Shown here in pieces: positions 59,644 through 64,000 of a stretch of DNA of 64,000 bases. The translations under genes were made by a program, and so were the position numbers. Numbering within the stretch: the first letter of the stretch is position 1; each line of letters starts with the position of its first letter. Location: NCBI GenBank assembly GCA_038063515.1, contig JBBTUY010000001.1, positions 74,972-138,971 of the forward strand, read 5' to 3'. The notes below the pieces were generated by a model. The model was not told the DNA's origin. It was given only the letters and a program-made list of their open reading frames with translations, and did no database searches. Origin of the DNA: Patescibacteria group bacterium (GTDB lineage: Bacteria > Patescibacteriota > Minisyncoccia > Phycocordibacterales > UBA9973).

Positions 59644-61146
59644 TTATTTAATAAAAGATTTTTTGAACTCTTCTATTGCATGTTTTAACTGTTCTTCTCC
59701 TTTATCAGTCCACATTTTACTTTCCATGACTTCTTTATAAAAAGCCTTTGCATTGTTTTCTGTGTATTCTATAAGTCCACTTTCGAATTCTTTAATTTTA
59801 GAAATATCTATGTCGTCCATGTATCCTTTTGTAAGTGCATAGAAAACCACAACTTGATGCTCTGTCTTCACTGGTGCATACTGAAGCTGTTTTAAAATTT
59901 CCACTGATCGCTTTCCGCGTTCAAGCTGTCTTTTTGTGGATTCATCGAGATCTGATCCGAATTGAGAAAATGCTTCTAGCTCACGAAACTGTGCAAGATC
60001 AAGCTTTAATGTTCCTGCCACTTTTTTCATAGCTTTGATTTGCGCCGCAGAACCCACACGAGACACAGACGATCCGACATTTACAGCTGGGCGTATACCT
60101 TTATAAAATAAATCAGTTTCAAGGAAAATTTGTCCGTCAGTAATAGAAATAACATTTGTTGGAATGTAAGCTGATATATCTCCTGCTTGAGTTTCGATTA
60201 TTGGAAATGCTGTTATAGATCCCCCACCATATTTTTCATTTCTTCTACAAGCACGCTCTAAAAGACGTGAGTGCAAGTAAAACACATCTCCAGGGTACGC
60301 TTCACGGCCTGGCGGGCGACGAAGGAGAAGAGAAATCTCACGATAAGCCACAGCATGCTTAGAAAGATCGTCATAAATCACAAGTACATCTTTCCCTTGA
60401 TCCATAAAATATTCTGCAATAGATACTCCTGTATATGGAGCTATGTATGAGAGTGCTGCTGCTTCTGATGCTCCTGCAGACACTATGACTGTGTATTTCA
60501 TAGCGCCACCTTCTTCGAGTCGGGCTTCAATTTTTCTAAGTTTAGAATCTTTTTGACCAATAGAAACGTACACACAAATCATATTTTGACCTTTTTGATT
60601 TAAAATAGTATCTATAGCGAGTGCAGTCTTACCTGTCTGTCTATCACCAATTATAAGCTCACGTTGACCACGTCCGACTGGGATTATGGCATCTATAACT
60701 TTAATACCAGTAGATACAGGATCAGAAACACTCTGTCTTGTTACCACCCCTGGAGCCACTTTTTCTATCGGATACGTCTTACTATTTTTAAGTAGGCCCT
60801 TACCATCTATAGGTACACCAATAGCATTTACAACTCGTCCTAAAATATCATCACCAACTGAGATTTCTAATATTTTTCCAGTTGCTTTCACCTCATCTCC
60901 TTCTTTAATTTTTGAAAAGTCTCCAAGAATAATAACACCAATAGTGTCCTCTTCTAAATTAAGAGCAACCCCTGTTTCACCTTGTGCAAAGGTTACCATT
61001 TCTGAAGATTTTATATCTGACAAACCAGAAACTTTGGCAATACCATCGAAAACTTCGATAACCTTACCCACCTTCTCAACCTTTGTCTGTAGTGAAAAGT
61101 TTTCTATTTCTTTTCTTAAATTTTCTACTATAGTGTTACTATTCAT
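59644..61146 (-). CDS. atpA: ATP synthase alpha
   Basis: [29 protein letters not shown]. Confidence 0.98.
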   Translation of the reverse strand: MNSNTIVENLRKEIENFSLQTKVEKVGKVIEVFDGIAKVSGLSDIKSSEMVTFAQGETGVALNLEEDTIGVIILGDFSKIKEGDEVKATGKILEISVGDDILGRVVNAIGVPIDGKGLLKNSKTYPIEKVAPGVVTRQSVSDPVSTGIKVIDAIIPVGRGQRELIIGDRQTGKTALAIDTILNQKGQNMICVYVSIGQKDSKLRKIEARLEEGGAMKYTVIVSAGASEAAALSYIAPYTGVSIAEYFMDQGKDVLVIYDDLSKHAVAYREISLLLRRPPGREAYPGDVFYLHSRLLERACRRNEKYGGGSITAFPIIETQAGDISAYIPTNVISITDGQIFLETDLFYKGIRPAVNVGSSVSRVGSAAQIKAMKKVAGTLKLDLAQFRELEAFSQFGSDLDESTKRQLERGKRSVEILKQLQYAPVKTEHQVVVFYALTKGYMDDIDISKIKEFESGLIEYTENNAKAFYKEVMESKMWTDKGEEQLKHAIEEFKKSFIK

Positions 61147-61553
61147 TATTTTCTTATTAGATATTCTTGTAATTTATCGATTCTATTTTTCACTGAAAGA
61201 TCTATAACTTCATTTTCTATTTCTAATCTAATTCCTCCCAGTACCTCTTTGTTAATGACTTCTTGGAAAATAATTTCTCTTGCTTTGTAACGTTTCTTTA
61301 AGAAATCATCAAGCTCTTTTTTTGTGTTTGGAGAGATCTTCTCCACGCTCGATACTTTAACTAAAATTCTTCCTTCTTCTTTATTTATAATCTTTTTTAA
61401 GCTTGCAAGTATTTTTTCACTTTTGTTCAATAACCTTTTTTTAGACAAAAAAGTAGCTATGTTTCTCATGACACCCACCTGCCCACTGTCTTCTTTGTTT
61501 TTTAGACTAAGATAGATCGCATAAGCTATATCGTTGTTTGATGCATTTGTCAT
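61146..61553 (-). CDS. atpH: ATP synthase delta (short)
   Basis: VLGGIRL...IDLSV C-terminal motif; operon position. Confidence 0.88.
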   Translation of the reverse strand: MTNASNNDIAYAIYLSLKNKEDSGQVGVMRNIATFLSKKRLLNKSEKILASLKKIINKEEGRILVKVSSVEKISPNTKKELDDFLKKRYKAREIIFQEVINKEVLGGIRLEIENEVIDLSVKNRIDKLQEYLIRK

Positions 61554-61554
61554 G

Positions 61555-62016
61555 TTATAAACTATTTATATCTTGCTTACTACTAATCAACTTTCGAGTA
61601 GCATCCATTGCGAGAGCTACTATTTCTTTCTTTGCTTCTTCTACCATTTTTGTCTTTTCACTTTCTAAGTTTTTCTTCCCGTTTTCTACAATCATAGTGA
61701 CTTCATTCTTTGCATCTTCAATCATAGAAGTCTTCTTTGCTTCTGCTTCTTTTTTAATCTGCTGAAAAACATCGTTTGCTTCAATACGAGCCTTAGAAAG
61801 TATCGCATCATACTCTACCTGTGTTTTCTCCAAGATATCTTTGTTTATTTTTGCATCTTCTATGCCTTTATTTATTTTAAGAGAACGCTCTTCCATTAAT
61901 TTATTTAGAGGTTTTAAAGCGAAAATATATAATACAACAAAAACAACCCCGAAATTTATCATTTGGGCTATGATGATTTTCCAATCTATGTGAAATGTTG
62001 AAATAAGTGCATCCAT
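61555..62016 (-). CDS. atpF: ATP synthase b
   Basis: AQMINF TM, KPL..MEER, coiled coil. Confidence 0.93.
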   Translation of the reverse strand: MDALISTFHIDWKIIIAQMINFGVVFVVLYIFALKPLNKLMEERSLKINKGIEDAKINKDILEKTQVEYDAILSKARIEANDVFQQIKKEAEAKKTSMIEDAKNEVTMIVENGKKNLESEKTKMVEEAKKEIVALAMDATRKLISSKQDINSL

Positions 62017-62049
62017 TTTCTTTTAAACTTTTATTGATAAATATAACTC

Positions 62050-62092
62050 CTCACAAATAGCAACTAGTAAAGAACTAATTGCCAGATGTGAG
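62050..62092 (-). other. Imperfect hairpin between atpE and atpF (possible mRNA stabiliser / partial terminator)
   Basis: CTCACA...GCAACTAGT-aaga-ACTAATTGC...TGTGAG. Confidence 0.5.
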
Positions 62093-62108
62093 TAGTCACA
62101 AAAAACTA

Positions 62109-62330
<222 letters not shown>

Positions 62331-62448
62331 TTATCCACGTCCGAGCGTGGCACATTAATAATAATTATCTTCTCTCCCTCGATTAAGAGAGCAGATATGT
62401 TTTAGATACAACAGATAAATTTTGTTATATCCAAAATATACGTGCCCA

Positions 62449-63423
62449 CTAACTAGCCACCATTTGTATCTTCTGATACTTCCCTTTCTCTTCATGACCA
62501 TGAGAATCTTCCTCATGGGATTCATCGTGATCGTGGTCAAGTGATGACACGGTAAAGTATACGACAAGAAGCATAGAGAATATCAATGCTTGAATAACTC
62601 CCACTAATATTTCTAAGAATAGAAATGGAAGAGGTGCAGCATATGCAAGGAGAGCAGATATCGAAGCCAAAAGCACCTCACCTGCTAATATGTTGCCGAA
62701 AAGACGAAAAGAAAGTGATGCAATTTTTGCAAACTCCCCTGCTACCTCTATTAAACCTACAAAGAACGTAATTGGAGATACTATTATCAATGTAGGATCT
62801 TTACGAACCTTAGTAAACATCTCTCCAAGCACTTTGATATTAACATATTTATTAAAGGTTTTCCAGAGTCCTATAGAAACAACTCCAAAGAGATTGGCCC
62901 CTATTACTGTTATTACAGAAAGAGCTAAAGTTGTATTGATATCAGCTGTACCACCTCTTAAAAATGGTATGAATGCAAGCCCATGGTCAGTACTATGTAT
63001 TTGACCAAAACCACCGAAAGGCATGATACCGAGCCAGTTATTTAATAGTATGAAAAAGAATGCAGATATAGCTATAGGAAAAATCTTCGTAGACAATAGT
63101 CGGGAATTTGTAACTTGATCAAAGAGAGAAAGAGCTGCTTCTGTTATCATTTCAAAAATATTCTGAATTTTACCTGGAACTTCCTTCATCTTTGAACGCA
63201 AAACTAAAGACATGATGATGATGATGAAAACCACAACCCAAGAAGTCGCAAGTGCGTTAGTAATAGTAAAATTACCGACATGTGCTATGGGTTCAGCATA
63301 AAGAGTAACCTCATGTACTAAATGCTCTTCTTCAGTATGGACCTCTTCTACCGCATGCCCTGTTTCAAGTAGAGCTGTGTTAGTATCTTCTATTTCTGTT
63401 GTTTTTTCTTTCTGTGTCGCCAT
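62449..63423 (-). CDS. atpB: ATP synthase a
   Basis: TADINTT, SLSFRLFGNILAGE, IQALIF. Confidence 0.96.
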   Translation of the reverse strand: MATQKEKTTEIEDTNTALLETGHAVEEVHTEEEHLVHEVTLYAEPIAHVGNFTITNALATSWVVVFIIIIMSLVLRSKMKEVPGKIQNIFEMITEAALSLFDQVTNSRLLSTKIFPIAISAFFFILLNNWLGIMPFGGFGQIHSTDHGLAFIPFLRGGTADINTTLALSVITVIGANLFGVVSIGLWKTFNKYVNIKVLGEMFTKVRKDPTLIIVSPITFFVGLIEVAGEFAKIASLSFRLFGNILAGEVLLASISALLAYAAPLPFLFLEILVGVIQALIFSMLLVVYFTVSSLDHDHDESHEEDSHGHEEKGKYQKIQMVAS

Positions 63424-63428
63424 AAATT

Positions 63429-63695
63429 TTATTTTTCTAATTCGGAATTTTTATCTAGCATCTTAGCTGCATATTTTTTAGTAGTACGGACAATACCAAA
63501 AGATGATATTAAAAATGCAAGTAGAGCTGAAACTAAAAGCATGACTGGCTTAGTACCAAAATGCTTGTCGAGCGCCTTGCCTGCAATAAGGGCTAATATT
63601 ATAGGAAATGCAATCCATGTAGAAATTTCACTAAATACTTGAACTGCTGGCTTCCACCAAACACCCTTATTCATATTTTGCATTTTTTCATTCAC
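63429..63695 (-). CDS. AtpZ/AtpI (ATPase gene 1) family protein
   Basis: Two TM helices, GKALDKHFGTKP; first gene of the atp operon. Confidence 0.85.
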   Translation of the reverse strand: MNEKMQNMNKGVWWKPAVQVFSEISTWIAFPIILALIAGKALDKHFGTKPVMLLVSALLAFLISSFGIVRTTKKYAAKMLDKNSELEK

Positions 63696-63778
63696 AAATA
63701 AAGCTTAAAATAAGCTTTATTTGAGTATAAATGAAAAATTAAGGAGATGCAAACTCTAACAAAGACTACCTCATATTT

Positions 63779-63853
63779 TGGTGAGCATGGATGGAATCGG
63801 ACCATCGACCTCTGTCTTATCAGGACAGCGTTCTACCACTGAACTACATGCTC
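63779..63853 (-). tRNA. trnI: tRNA-Ile (GAT), encoded CCA
   Basis: Reverse complement GAGCATG TA GTTC AGTGGTA GAAC G CTGTC CTGATAA GACAG AGGTC GATGG TCCGATT CCATC CATGCTC A CCA. Confidence 0.93.
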
Positions 63854-63983
63854 ATAACTATCTACACTATTCATAATTTAAAGGACTCTGGTGCTTACCA
63901 ACAACTACATGCTCATAACTATCTACACTATTCATAATTTAAAGGACTCTGGTGCTTACCAACAACTACATGCTCATAACTAT
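63842..63983. repeat. 61-bp tandem repeat, 2.3 copies, containing the 5' end of tRNA-Ile
   Basis: Identical units 63842-63902 and 63903-63963 plus a partial copy 63964-63983. Confidence 0.95.
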
Positions 63984-64000
63984 TAATCTAATAATCTAAA

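Noticed and set aside
63842-63983. CRISPR array at tRNA-Ile
   Set aside because: The intervening segments are identical, so it is a tandem repeat without unique spacers.

Overview
AT-rich, densely coded core-genome segment of a Patescibacteria (CPR) bacterium, most likely Parcubacteria. Support: compact genes, ribosomal protein L9, a CPR-style type IV pilin cluster, a Cys-rich CPR-type hypothetical, and TGA used as stop (code 11). Contents: pepN, scpAB, a D-Ala cluster (VanY-like carboxypeptidase, tandem two-domain Ddl resembling the plant enzyme, alr), rpmG, miaA, murA, parB, rel, topA, dprA, serS, ftsQ-like, dus, dnaX, HIT, guaC, PBP2, a type IV pilus locus, surface proteins, an S41 protease, rplI, rpmA, M23 peptidase, gltX, murG-ftsW-mraY, rseP, frr, holB-like, mreB, priA, rsmI, the full F-type ATP synthase operon and four tRNAs (Trp, Leu, Gln, Ile). 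No CRISPR array, prophage or intact transposase was seen. The most notable unannotated signal is a leaderless Met-rich leader peptide with terminator/antiterminator geometry ahead of a phosphatase+kinase pair. Others: tRNA genes fused to downstream start codons, an HTH-LAGLIDADG-like gene between rpmG and tRNA-Trp, widespread leaderless promoters including a symmetric bidirectional one, an apparently helicase-dead PriA, a chimeric pseudogene, several palindromic or structured inserts, and tandem repeats built from the 5' end of tRNA-Ile. All family calls come from recognised motifs, not database searches.
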